A stretch of DNA of 64,000 bases from a virus: IMG/VR virus record IMGVR_UViG_3300024496_000012; one strand, given 5' to 3'. The translations under genes and the position numbers were made by a program. This document shows, one piece after another, positions 1-8,380 of this stretch; position 1 is the first letter of the stretch, and each line of letters begins with the position of its first letter. A model generated the notes under the pieces. It was not told the DNA's origin, made no database searches, and worked only from the letters and a program-made list of their open reading frames with translations.

Positions 1-2
1 CC

Positions 3-260
3 CAGTGGTGTGCCCGACGTGGAACTCTCCAGGAGGAACTTGCTAATGACATTGCTAGGGAAATCCAGAAAGCAACCGGAGCCAAAGACCTAGGAGTTTA
101 CATCCAGGCTACACATGGTTGCTGTGAGAATCGTGGCATCATGGCACACTCTAGTCTTACACAGACTACTGTCTTAAAGGGCGCCTTTAAAGATGATGCT
201 GGAACGAAGAAAGAATTCTTTGACAACATCAAAATGCAACAGGAGTTTGCACCTCGATGA
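3..260 (+). CDS. folE: GTP cyclohydrolase I, C-terminal part (5'-truncated by window edge)
   Basis: Manual translation from nt 3 gives [18 protein letters not shown]...[39 protein letters not shown], matching the FolE C-terminal pattern (ARR.xQE; H.C..RG; T..L.G.F). The stop overlaps the guaC start (ATGA). Not in the ORF track. Confidence 0.9.
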   Translation, partial: QWCARRGTLQEELANDIAREIQKATGAKDLGVYIQATHGCCENRGIMAHSSLTQTTVLKGAFKDDAGTKKEFFDNIKMQQEFAPR

Positions 261-1276
261 GAATCGAAGACGAAATCAAACTTGACTTCAAAGATGTTCT
301 TATAAGGCCTAAAAGATCTACACTTTCTAGCAGAAAAGAAGTAGACCTGAATAGAACTTATAAGTTCAAATACAGCGGATGGGAATGGTCAGGTATTCCC
401 ATTATGGCATCAAACATGGATGGTGTCGGAACTATGGAAATGGCCGATGCACTATACTCTCAGAGAATGTTTACGTGCCTTGTAAAATCTTATACCGAAG
501 ATCAGTTTGAAGATCTTGTTGCTAATGTCGGCGGAAACTATTTTGCAGTTAGCACAGGAACTAGTGATGCTGATTTTCAAAGACTTACTAGGATTATAAA
601 CAGCTATCCAGAAATTCATTTTATCTGTGTAGATGTTGCTAACGGGTATAGTGAACACTTTGGTGATTTTATTTCTAAAGTCCGTAAGACATTTCCTAAA
701 TGCACGATCATTGCCGGTAATGTTGTAACCGCAGACATGACACAGGAGTTAGTTTTACGTGGAGCAGATATTATTAAAGTGGGCATCGGTCCTGGGAGCG
801 TTTGCACTACTCGTGTACAAACTGGCGTTGGTTATCCTCAGCTTAGTGCTATTATGGAGTGCGCTGATGCTGCTCATGGTCTTGGCGCTCATATCATCGC
901 AGACGGCGGTTGTACCTGTCCAGGTGACGTGGCAAAAGCCTTTGGCGCTGGTGCTGACTTCGTTATGCTAGGCGGTATGCTAGCAGGACACGATGAAGGC
1001 GGAGGCCATATCGATAATGATAAGGTTATATTTTACGGAATGAGTTCAGAGACTGCTATGAATAAGCATAGCGGCGGTGTTGCAGAATATCGAAGCTCAG
1101 AAGGTCGTACTGTAGAAATCCCCTATCGTGGTCCTGTACAGAAAACTGTACAAGATATACTAGGCGGCTTGCGTAGCACCTGCACGTATGTTGGTGCTCC
1201 TAGTCTTAAGCAGTTGAGTAAGTGTACCACATTTATCCGTGTCAACAGACAGATCAACGATGTGTTCTTAAAATGA
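257..1276 (+). CDS. guaC: GMP reductase (GuaC type 1)
   Basis: [60 protein letters not shown] and [12 protein letters not shown] are characteristic of proteobacterial-type GMP reductase. Confidence 0.95.
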   Translation: MRIEDEIKLDFKDVLIRPKRSTLSSRKEVDLNRTYKFKYSGWEWSGIPIMASNMDGVGTMEMADALYSQRMFTCLVKSYTEDQFEDLVANVGGNYFAVSTGTSDADFQRLTRIINSYPEIHFICVDVANGYSEHFGDFISKVRKTFPKCTIIAGNVVTADMTQELVLRGADIIKVGIGPGSVCTTRVQTGVGYPQLSAIMECADAAHGLGAHIIADGGCTCPGDVAKAFGAGADFVMLGGMLAGHDEGGGHIDNDKVIFYGMSSETAMNKHSGGVAEYRSSEGRTVEIPYRGPVQKTVQDILGGLRSTCTYVGAPSLKQLSKCTTFIRVNRQINDVFLK

Positions 1277-1707
1277 TACAACCACTTAAAGATGAACTAA
1301 TGGTTCAACAACAGTTGCCTGCAAAGAACAAAAGAAATCGAGCTTGGCAACATATGGTCGGTGTGATCATGCTGAACCAAACTGGACGCAAACCAGTAAA
1401 ATATGTACTGCCGTTATTCTTACAAAAATGGCCTACTCCCAAAAAGTTCTTATGGGCTCCGATAGACGAAGTCAAGGAGGTTATTTGGCCATTAGGAATG
1501 TACAATATTCGTTTCCAAAGACTCAAACTTATGACTGCTGATTTCTTGACTTGGGACGGAAATGATGCTACAATGTTATATGGAATAGGAAAATATGGTA
1601 GCGATAGTTATGAAATCTTTTTTAAGAAAAACTATACCGTACAACCTAAAGACAAAGAGTTGATTAGATATCTAAAGGAAGAAGTGAATGTTCCTGAAAC
1701 TGCTTGA
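1273..1707 (+). CDS. HhH-GPD DNA glycosylase, MBD4-like (G:T/G:U mismatch glycosylase fold)
   Basis: [25 protein letters not shown] and [16 protein letters not shown] closely parallel the MBD4 glycosylase domain (PW.LL..IFLN.T; PLGL; LHGIGKYGNDSYRIF). Start placed at ATG 1273 (ATGA overlap with guaC) rather than 1222. Confidence 0.8.
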   Translation: MIQPLKDELMVQQQLPAKNKRNRAWQHMVGVIMLNQTGRKPVKYVLPLFLQKWPTPKKFLWAPIDEVKEVIWPLGMYNIRFQRLKLMTADFLTWDGNDATMLYGIGKYGSDSYEIFFKKNYTVQPKDKELIRYLKEEVNVPETA

Positions 1708-2158
1708 TAAGCTAGGAAGAAAACGCATCATTTATGATCGCGTACACAACGAACCGTATCTCGAACGATACTATCTTTTCTTAAAAGATAGAGATCGTTT
1801 TCCCTTTAATGTATTCTTGCACAAGTTCTTGAAAGGTGATCCAGACGATGTGCATGATCACCCATGGCCTTATGCTACGCTAATCTTGAAAGGTGGCTAC
1901 TATGAATGGGTACCTGAGTTTGATAGTAACGGTACTATGTTGGGTCAGCGCCGTCATTGGCGTGGCCCTGGTCACTTTAGGATCTGTAGTCCTAATTCTT
2001 ATCATAGGATCGAACTGAAAGAAGGTGTTACTGCCTGGACATTGTTTATGCCAGGACCTCATAAGCGTGAATGGGGATTCTTAGTTAAGAACAAATGGAT
2101 TCAACACGAACAATATCTTAAGGAGAGATATGAACAAGCTCATAATCGACCAGCATAA
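1688..2158 (+). CDS. Cupin-like protein
   Basis: LHKF...DDVHDHPW..ATLILKGGYYE and HRIEL...WTLF form a His-rich double-stranded beta-helix pattern. Confidence 0.55.
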   Translation: MFLKLLDKLGRKRIIYDRVHNEPYLERYYLFLKDRDRFPFNVFLHKFLKGDPDDVHDHPWPYATLILKGGYYEWVPEFDSNGTMLGQRRHWRGPGHFRICSPNSYHRIELKEGVTAWTLFMPGPHKREWGFLVKNKWIQHEQYLKERYEQAHNRPA

Positions 2159-2642
2159 CATGACTGGTCTAGTCAGCAAAATCGGTAGGAATATTGCTAC
2201 CGGAGGTTGGCGTCCTGATTATATCGTAGGGCTCACTAGAGGTGGGCTTGTTCCCGCTGTTATGCTCAGTCATTATCTTAATGTACCGTTGAATACATTG
2301 AATGTAAGTCTTAGAGACGGTGGCGAATGCGATAGTAATCTATGGATGGCTGAAGATGCATTTGGGCACAATCAAGAGTTTCCTAAAAACATACTCATCG
2401 TAGATGATATTAATGACACTGGTGCTACCTTTAACTGGATCATGGAAGACTGGCCTAGTGGATGTTTTCCTAATGACGATCACTGGAACTATGTGTGGAA
2501 TAAGAATGTTAAGTTTGCTGTTCTAGTAGATAATCTAGCCAGCAAGTGTAATGTAAAAATGGACTACGTTGGCATGGAAATCAACAAAGCCGAAGATGAT
2601 GTCTGGGTTGATTTCCCCTGGGAAGATTGGTGGTCAAAATGA
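2130..2642 (+). CDS. Type I phosphoribosyltransferase (xanthine/guanine PRT-like)
   Basis: IVGLTRGGLVPA, the PRPP-binding motif ILIVDDINDTGAT, and a C-terminal WVDFPWE typical of Gpt-like PRTs. Confidence 0.85.
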   Translation: MNKLIIDQHNMTGLVSKIGRNIATGGWRPDYIVGLTRGGLVPAVMLSHYLNVPLNTLNVSLRDGGECDSNLWMAEDAFGHNQEFPKNILIVDDINDTGATFNWIMEDWPSGCFPNDDHWNYVWNKNVKFAVLVDNLASKCNVKMDYVGMEINKAEDDVWVDFPWEDWWSK

Positions 2643-2866
2643 TCGATTCTAAAATAAAAATACATTGTACAGACAACGGAAAAGACTTCGAAGGTCATGT
2701 ACTGAACTATAAACCTAAGGCTATTTTAGAAGTAGCGGTGCAAACACTAAAGATCCGCATGGCCTATCAAGATAGGACCAAGGTGTTTGTTGGTAGTGTC
2801 GGGGGACGAGAGTTCACTATCAAAGAAGATGCGTTGCCTCAGGAAAGGAGGGAGTTTACTCGATGA
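2639..2866 (+). CDS. Hypothetical protein
   Basis: ORF with ATGA overlaps at both ends; start moved to 2639. Confidence 0.65.
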   Translation: MIDSKIKIHCTDNGKDFEGHVLNYKPKAILEVAVQTLKIRMAYQDRTKVFVGSVGGREFTIKEDALPQERREFTR

Positions 2867-3261
2867 AAGAATATAAAGAAGAACTGATGAAAGGTCAGCC
2901 GATGTTTATAGAAGAAAGCACGGCACCTTGGGATAATCTCTTAGAAGAAGATTTCCATATAAAAGTTTTCTATGACAAATATCCAGTGACTGAAGGTCAT
3001 TTGTTATTCGTGCCTAAATACAACACCATACATGTGCTTATGGATGCGTTTGAAAGTGCCGTAGCCGATGGTATGCGTATGATCGAAAGAGGCGAGTGCG
3101 ATGGGTTCAATGTTGGATTTAACTACGGCAAGTCTGCAGGCCAAACTGTTGGCTGGCCACATGTACATCTTATTCCAAGACGTACAGGAGATATGGATGA
3201 CCCCACCGGAGGTGTGAGACATGTCATTCCAGAAAAAGGTAACTACAAAAAGGAAAAATAA
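2863..3261 (+). CDS. HIT family nucleotide hydrolase
   Basis: DKYPVTEGHLLFVPK and GFNVGFN.G.SAGQTV.WPHVHLIPR (HIT triad with the first His replaced by Trp: W-P-H-V-H). Confidence 0.9.
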   Translation: MKEYKEELMKGQPMFIEESTAPWDNLLEEDFHIKVFYDKYPVTEGHLLFVPKYNTIHVLMDAFESAVADGMRMIERGECDGFNVGFNYGKSAGQTVGWPHVHLIPRRTGDMDDPTGGVRHVIPEKGNYKKEK

Positions 3262-3461
3262 TGCAGATAAGAGCAACAGAAGGTGATGATGTTTTTGGAA
3301 AGTGTGGCTGCGGCCGTTCTCCCACTGGTGTGTGTGTTGGTTGGCATTCACTTACTGAGACGCAACTAGCAGAAGCACGTAGAAAGTGGGAACTATCTGA
3401 ATATTCTAAGCAGGCCCAAGAACTGTGGTCAGATAGTTGCACAACTCCACGGTCAAAATGA
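3261..3461 (+). CDS. Small Cys/His protein, CDGSH-like Fe-S/Zn-binding motif
   Basis: CGCGRSPTGVCVGWH resembles the CDGSH consensus C-X-C-X2-S-X3-P-X-C-D-G-S-H. Confidence 0.45.
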   Translation: MQIRATEGDDVFGKCGCGRSPTGVCVGWHSLTETQLAEARRKWELSEYSKQAQELWSDSCTTPRSK

Positions 3462-3652
3462 ATCTAATAACTGTTCCGTGGAAAAACCAGAGTAACACAT
3501 GGTGGAATGAAACATGTGCTCAAATCATTTTACATTTTGGATTGCCTGGTGATAAGTATACCACAGAAGTCGGTGCAGACGAGATGAAGTTCTTTTTTAA
3601 AGATGAAAAAGAAGCTCTCATGTGTAGGATTCTTATAAGCGATCAGATATGA
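3458..3652 (+). CDS. Hypothetical protein
   Basis: ORF in a coupled run; start at ATGA overlap 3458. Confidence 0.6.
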   Translation: MNLITVPWKNQSNTWWNETCAQIILHFGLPGDKYTTEVGADEMKFFFKDEKEALMCRILISDQI

Positions 3653-3882
3653 AACAGATAGCCAAGCTGGGTTTTCTAGTAGTATGTATATTCATACTTT
3701 TGGGAATATATGTCATTAATGCTCCTCGAGGAAGAGTTTATGACTGCGGCATGGCTGAATGGCATCCTGATATTCCGCCTTCTGTTAAAGAAGAATGCCG
3801 CAGACTTCACTACGAGTATTGGAAAGAGCAACAAGAAAAAAGAGAACAAGAACAATCTGGACGTAAGTTGATACGGACATGA
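3649..3882 (+). CDS. Hypothetical membrane-anchored protein
   Basis: N-terminal hydrophobic helix (LGFLVVCIFILLGIYVI) followed by C..AEWHPD.P..V...C; ATGA overlaps. Confidence 0.6.
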   Translation: MKQIAKLGFLVVCIFILLGIYVINAPRGRVYDCGMAEWHPDIPPSVKEECRRLHYEYWKEQQEKREQEQSGRKLIRT

Positions 3883-4088
3883 AAAGATCTTGGGAAGTTA
3901 CTGTAGAACATGATGAAACCACTGGAAACTATTATATACAACTTCCAGAAGAGGCTATAAAGGCCAGTGGTCTTGAAATCGGAGATTCTTTTTATTGGAG
4001 TGATAATGGCGATGGGTCTTACACCTTGATAAAAGAGGACTTGACAACTTTTATAAAAAAAGGTATAATAAAGAATGAGCAAGATTAA
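3879..4088 (+). CDS. Small AbrB/MazE-like (swapped-hairpin) protein
   Basis: YYIQLPEE.IKASGLEIGD.F.W fits the AbrB-like pattern. The C-terminal residues overlap a promoter. Confidence 0.45.
   Translation: MKRSWEVTVEHDETTGNYYIQLPEEAIKASGLEIGDSFYWSDNGDGSYTLIKEDLTTFIKKGIIKNEQD
4041..4069 (+). promoter_or_regulatory. Consensus sigma70-type promoter for queE
   Basis: TTGACA (4041-4046), 17-nt spacer, TATAAT (4064-4069): a perfect consensus. Confidence 0.85.
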
Positions 4089-4929
4089 GATAGCAGAACT
4101 ATTCTATTCAATCCAAGGCGAAGGACGATATATGGGTGTACCGTCCGTCTTCTTACGTACATTTGGCTGTAACTTTAAGTGTGCCGGCTTTGGTATGCCT
4201 AAAGGAGAACTAAGCAATGAAGTTGAATCCATTGCAGAACGTATTACAGAGTTTAAGTCGTACCAAGAACTACCGCTTGTTAGCACAGGTTGTGATAGTT
4301 ACGCTAGTTGGGATCCTCGTTTTAAAGATCTCAGCCCAATGCTTACAAGCGATGGTATTGCAGAACGTATCTGTGAAATCCTTCCGTTTGGAGAGTGGCG
4401 GGATGAACACTTGGTAATCACCGGTGGCGAACCTTTGTTAGGTTGGCAACGTGCATATCCGGATTTACTGCGTCATCCTAAGATGGCAGGTCTTAAAGAA
4501 ATCACTTTTGAAACTAATGGTACTCAACCTATCAGTGAAGATTTTAAAGAGTACTTGCTAGAATGGCTCATGCCTCATCCAGATTACACAAGAGAAATCA
4601 CTTTTAGTGTAAGTGCTAAACTCAGTTGTTCAGGTGAAAGCAGGGACGAAGCCATCCGTCCAGAGATCGTTTGCGAATATGAAAACTGGGGTTATACATA
4701 TCTTAAGTTTGTAGTGGCCACAGAAGAAGATGCAGAAGAAGCGATTGAAACAGCAGACATCTATCGTGCAGAAGGGTTTACTGGTCCTATATATTTGATG
4801 CCTGTAGGTGGTGTGGAAAGCGTTTATACATTAAATAATCGCCGAGTAGCGGAACTAGCAATGAAGAACGGACTTCGCTATTCAGATCGCCTACAGGTAC
4901 CTTTGTTTAAAAATGAATGGGGTACTTAA
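4075..4929 (+). CDS. queE: 7-carboxy-7-deazaguanine synthase (radical SAM)
   Basis: KIAELFYSIQGEG.YMGVPSVFLRTFGCN, LVITGGEPLL, FETNGT, SVSAKL, LKFVV, YLMP and RYSDRLQ..L are QueE family motifs; it lies in the same operon region as folE. Confidence 0.9.
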   Translation: MSKIKIAELFYSIQGEGRYMGVPSVFLRTFGCNFKCAGFGMPKGELSNEVESIAERITEFKSYQELPLVSTGCDSYASWDPRFKDLSPMLTSDGIAERICEILPFGEWRDEHLVITGGEPLLGWQRAYPDLLRHPKMAGLKEITFETNGTQPISEDFKEYLLEWLMPHPDYTREITFSVSAKLSCSGESRDEAIRPEIVCEYENWGYTYLKFVVATEEDAEEAIETADIYRAEGFTGPIYLMPVGGVESVYTLNNRRVAELAMKNGLRYSDRLQVPLFKNEWGT

Positions 4930-5369
4930 TGAAAAAATTTATAAAGAAAATGATGGGTTTGGACAAACTAGAAGAGTCCATAGCCAAAGCAGAAAAAGAT
5001 CTAGCTGAAGCCAATAAAAGATTGGAAGAATCAGAAAAAGCACAGAAGGCCGCTCTAGAACAAGAAGAACTGGCCAAACTCAACCCAAAAGACCGTGCTA
5101 CTCGTAAGAAAGAACCATGGGTCGGTGTATTAAATACACATATAAATAAGGATAATATCCGTAATGGATTCTTTGAACTTGACTGGAACGAGTACTTTGT
5201 GCTAAAATTAAAGCAAGAAGGTTACGGTGCAGACGGTGACAAAGAAGAAGAAATCGTCGATCGTTGGTTCCGTGAGCTTTGTGCTAACGTCGTAGTAGAC
5301 GGTGATTACGGTGGTCCTTTGGAAACTGGGACTTTGGACATACAGACGGTGATTAAGAACAACAAATGA
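4929..5369 (+). CDS. Hypothetical protein with N-terminal coiled coil
   Basis: TAATG overlap with queE; coiled-coil N-terminus and EPWV.VL...GFFELDWN domain. Confidence 0.7.
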   Translation: MKKFIKKMMGLDKLEESIAKAEKDLAEANKRLEESEKAQKAALEQEELAKLNPKDRATRKKEPWVGVLNTHINKDNIRNGFFELDWNEYFVLKLKQEGYGADGDKEEEIVDRWFRELCANVVVDGDYGGPLETGTLDIQTVIKNNK

Positions 5370-6373
5370 CCTACATTCTAGTAGATACTGCTAACACGTT
5401 CTTTCGTGCAAGGCACGTAATCAACGGTGATGCCGATATTAAGCTCGGTATGGCCTTCCATATAACCCTAAACTCTATTAGAAAAGCATGGAGAGACTTC
5501 GGTGGCTCACATGTTATCTTCTGTTTAGAAGGTCGTAGCTGGCGTAAAGACTACTACGAGCCGTATAAACGCAATCGTGCAGAAGCTCGTGCCGCACATA
5601 CTGTGAAAGAAGCAGAAGAAGATACTATCTTTTGGGAAGCCTTTGATAAGTTTAAAGAGTTTGTGTCTGCTAATACTAACTGTACCGTGATACAAAATCC
5701 TAGATTAGAAGCTGACGATCTTATCGCTGGCTGGATTCAGAATCATCCGCATGATAATCATGTCATTATTTCTACAGACAGCGATTTTGAACAACTTATC
5801 GCCCCTAATGTCAAGCAATACAATGGCATCACTGAAACAACCATAACACACGAGGGCTATTTTGATTCCAAAGGTAGTAAGGTCAAGGATAAAAAGACAG
5901 GCCAAGACAAGGCCGCTCCTGATCCGCAATGGTTACTTTTCGAGAAGTGTATACGAGGTGACACATCCGACAATGTGTTTAGTGCTTACCCAGGTGTGCG
6001 TACAAAGGGGACCAAAAATAAAGTTGGTCTCATGGAAGCGTTTGAAGACCGTAAGGCCAAGGGATTCGCTTGGAACAACCTTATGCTCCAACGATGGACC
6101 GACCACGAAGGCAAAGAACACAGAGTCTTAGAAGACTATGAGCGTAATCGTCGTCTGATCGACTTGAGTTATCAACCAGAAGACATTAAAGAGATTATCA
6201 ATGAGACAATCCATAATGCTGTAACTGCAAATAAGAATGTCAGCCAGGTTGGTATTAGGCTGATGAAGTTTTGCAGTCTATATGATTTAAAAAAGATCGC
6301 AGATCAGGCACAGAGCTACGCCGATCCGTTAAATGCGAGGTACAACTATGAAACTAATGCCATGCCAGTATGA
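5366..6373 (+). CDS. rnh: T4-type RNase H / 5'-3' flap exonuclease
   Basis: YILVDTAN, SWRK.YY..YK.NR, EADDLIA, IISTDSDF.QL and GDTSDNV are 5'-nuclease acidic motifs. Confidence 0.9.
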   Translation: MTYILVDTANTFFRARHVINGDADIKLGMAFHITLNSIRKAWRDFGGSHVIFCLEGRSWRKDYYEPYKRNRAEARAAHTVKEAEEDTIFWEAFDKFKEFVSANTNCTVIQNPRLEADDLIAGWIQNHPHDNHVIISTDSDFEQLIAPNVKQYNGITETTITHEGYFDSKGSKVKDKKTGQDKAAPDPQWLLFEKCIRGDTSDNVFSAYPGVRTKGTKNKVGLMEAFEDRKAKGFAWNNLMLQRWTDHEGKEHRVLEDYERNRRLIDLSYQPEDIKEIINETIHNAVTANKNVSQVGIRLMKFCSLYDLKKIADQAQSYADPLNARYNYETNAMPV

Positions 6374-6890
6374 TAACACATGCCAGGATAGCAAAACTTG
6401 TGGAGGACCGACTGTGAAAGATTTATATGCAAAACCAATCATTAAAGATAAATTCTGGATCATCGAGAAAGATGGAAGTCGTTATGCCACTCTAAGAAAG
6501 AACGAAGACAATCGTTTTGTTATGAGTAACGAAACAGGTGTTCAAATCTACGACAATAAAGAAAGTCTAACACGCCAGTTCGGTAAAAACTTTTTTGTGG
6601 CGAAGATAGTTAAGGAATCCGAGACTGCCAAGCCATTAGAGGTGCATGGCTATCCTAGTAGCACATCACCTCACAATGCCATGTTCGATATTAAAAAGAA
6701 ACTTCCTTTGTTTACCAAGAGCGAAGACAGTAAAAGTCTTTACTGTGCCGGCTATTATGTGATTCGATTCGACAAAGGATGGGTTAAGAGCTTCTGTCCT
6801 AAAATGATTACCTTACAAAGGTACGAGTTCCGAGGACCTTATAAAACCGACATTGAAATGAAACAGGTACTGTCAAGTGTCTCAAAATAA
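6348..6890 (+). CDS. Hypothetical protein
   Basis: Long ORF; GAGG RBS at 6337-6340 favours ATG 6348. Confidence 0.7.
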   Translation: MKLMPCQYDNTCQDSKTCGGPTVKDLYAKPIIKDKFWIIEKDGSRYATLRKNEDNRFVMSNETGVQIYDNKESLTRQFGKNFFVAKIVKESETAKPLEVHGYPSSTSPHNAMFDIKKKLPLFTKSEDSKSLYCAGYYVIRFDKGWVKSFCPKMITLQRYEFRGPYKTDIEMKQVLSSVSK

Positions 6891-7125
6891 ACTACCAACT
6901 ACTCTTCCTACTATAGAAAAGCTAATACAGCGTGTAGTATCTGCTGAAAAGACACAACAAAAAGACATACGCATATCTATAGATGAGGCTAGACTACTAA
7001 CAGCTGAATTGGCTATACTAACCTCTAGATTAGGTTCTACTGTTACCGAAATACACCAAATATTAGGTGAAATAAAAGAAACTACCGCATTAATCGACGT
7101 AAAGTTCGACGGCGGTAGCTTCTAA
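6877..7125 (+). CDS. Hypothetical protein
   Basis: GTG-start ORF overlapping the previous gene; helical composition. Confidence 0.6.
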   Translation: MSQNKLPTTLPTIEKLIQRVVSAEKTQQKDIRISIDEARLLTAELAILTSRLGSTVTEIHQILGEIKETTALIDVKFDGGSF

Positions 7126-7129
7126 AAGG

Positions 7130-7137
7130 TATAAATA
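7130..7137 (+). promoter_or_regulatory. T4-type late promoter TATAAATA
   Basis: Exact T4 late consensus in the intergenic gap; gp55 is encoded in this window. Confidence 0.75.
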
Positions 7138-7167
7138 TATACGTGGTTTATTAGGAACACGTATATT

Positions 7168-7452
7168 ATGAGCAGACCAAAACCTAAGATACTCTTAGAG
7201 TACGCTAACAAGGAAACATATAAAATAGAGCAGATCCTTGACAGCGAAGCTATCTGGGCAGTATTCTATAAAGGCCAACCATTCAACCTTAAGAGTGGTA
7301 GCTTGGTCGCAAGTTATCCCGGACCCAAATATAAAAAGGTTTCATTTAGTAATCCAGGACATGCGATCAACTTGGCTAAAAAACTTAATCGACTTTTTAA
7401 GACTAAAGATTTCGAAGTCTTTAAGTTAACATCTGGTGAAAAGGTAGGATAA
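7168..7452 (+). CDS. Hypothetical protein (probably late)
   Basis: ORF downstream of the late promoter; MSRPKP start; YKKVSFSNPGHA motif. Confidence 0.75.
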   Translation: MSRPKPKILLEYANKETYKIEQILDSEAIWAVFYKGQPFNLKSGSLVASYPGPKYKKVSFSNPGHAINLAKKLNRLFKTKDFEVFKLTSGEKVG

Positions 7453-7453
7453 G

Positions 7454-7855
7454 ATGGATCTCAAGGATGCCTACACCAAGGTGTTCTTACAGGCAGCAGA
7501 TCAAGAGGCTACAGAAGAAAAAATAAAAGCCTTCAAACCCATTTGGTGGTGGAACATCCGACAAAAAAATCAAGGCGGACTACGTCTAACAGATCAGGCC
7601 TTGCATTTCATTGAAGAAGAAGCTAAAATAAAAACATACAGTATAGAACTTCCCAAGGATTTTTCAGTAACTCCGCAAGTTCTAGTTTGGCTGGACAAGT
7701 TTATCGATTCACCGTTTTACATAACTAAAAGGAAGATCATAGTGTTAAAAGAAAAAGCAGCATTTGAGCTTTATCTCTTTAGTGGTGATATAAGAAAAAT
7801 GGGCTACAATAAAGCACTATCATCTCGTCTAAGCCAAGATTCAGTACCTCAATAA
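7454..7855 (+). CDS. Hypothetical protein
   Basis: ORF track; tightly packed. Confidence 0.7.
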   Translation: MDLKDAYTKVFLQAADQEATEEKIKAFKPIWWWNIRQKNQGGLRLTDQALHFIEEEAKIKTYSIELPKDFSVTPQVLVWLDKFIDSPFYITKRKIIVLKEKAAFELYLFSGDIRKMGYNKALSSRLSQDSVPQ

Positions 7856-7863
7856 ACTGACCA

Positions 7864-7871
7864 TATAAATA
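7864..7871 (+). promoter_or_regulatory. T4-type late promoter TATAAATA
   Basis: Exact consensus in the intergenic gap, 8 nt before ATG 7880. Confidence 0.7.
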
Positions 7872-7879
7872 TTCACGTT

Positions 7880-8155
7880 ATGTTCGATCTTAATCCTATC
7901 GATGTGTTAAAGAAAAGAAAGCTAAACTTTCTTCCACTCCATTTTTCTAAACTAAAGATCAATGAAGGTGACCTGTTTGAAGGAAACATTCAAGAATGGA
8001 TCCAAAACAAACTAAAAGGAAGATACGCTATCACTAGAACACCATCATTAGATAAAGATGGAAATATGAAAACAGCCACTTTTGTGGCGTTTGAAGACCA
8101 GAAAGAGCTAACATACTTTATGTTGGCATGCCCACACTTAAGGAGAAACCAATGA
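7880..8155 (+). CDS. Hypothetical protein
   Basis: ORF track; its stop overlaps the next start (ATGA). Confidence 0.7.
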   Translation: MFDLNPIDVLKKRKLNFLPLHFSKLKINEGDLFEGNIQEWIQNKLKGRYAITRTPSLDKDGNMKTATFVAFEDQKELTYFMLACPHLRRNQ

Positions 8156-8379
8156 CAGAAGAAGTACAAAACCCAGAAGTTCCTGCAGGCTCACAGCCCG
8201 AGGCACCTCAACAACCAGCTGGTCCTGACCTTAACGTCAGCGATCTAGTAGCAGTAAAGAGTATCATCGAAATAGCATCACAAAGAGGAGCGTTCAAAGC
8301 AAATGAACTAGAAGCAGTCGGTAAAACTTTCAATAAGCTGAATACCTTTCTAGAATCAGTTGCTAAAAAGGAGGCTTAA
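8152..8379 (+). CDS. Hypothetical protein
   Basis: AGGAG RBS at 8141-8145 supports ATG 8152. Confidence 0.7.
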   Translation: MTEEVQNPEVPAGSQPEAPQQPAGPDLNVSDLVAVKSIIEIASQRGAFKANELEAVGKTFNKLNTFLESVAKKEA

Positions 8380-8380
8380 A

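Noticed and set aside
1222-1272. Extended N-termini given in the ORF track (1222, 2627, 3437, 4917, 8128, 8360, 10704, 25611, 61245)
   Set aside because: Downstream starts have ATGA/TAATG coupling or a better RBS, so the extensions overlap neighbouring genes without support.
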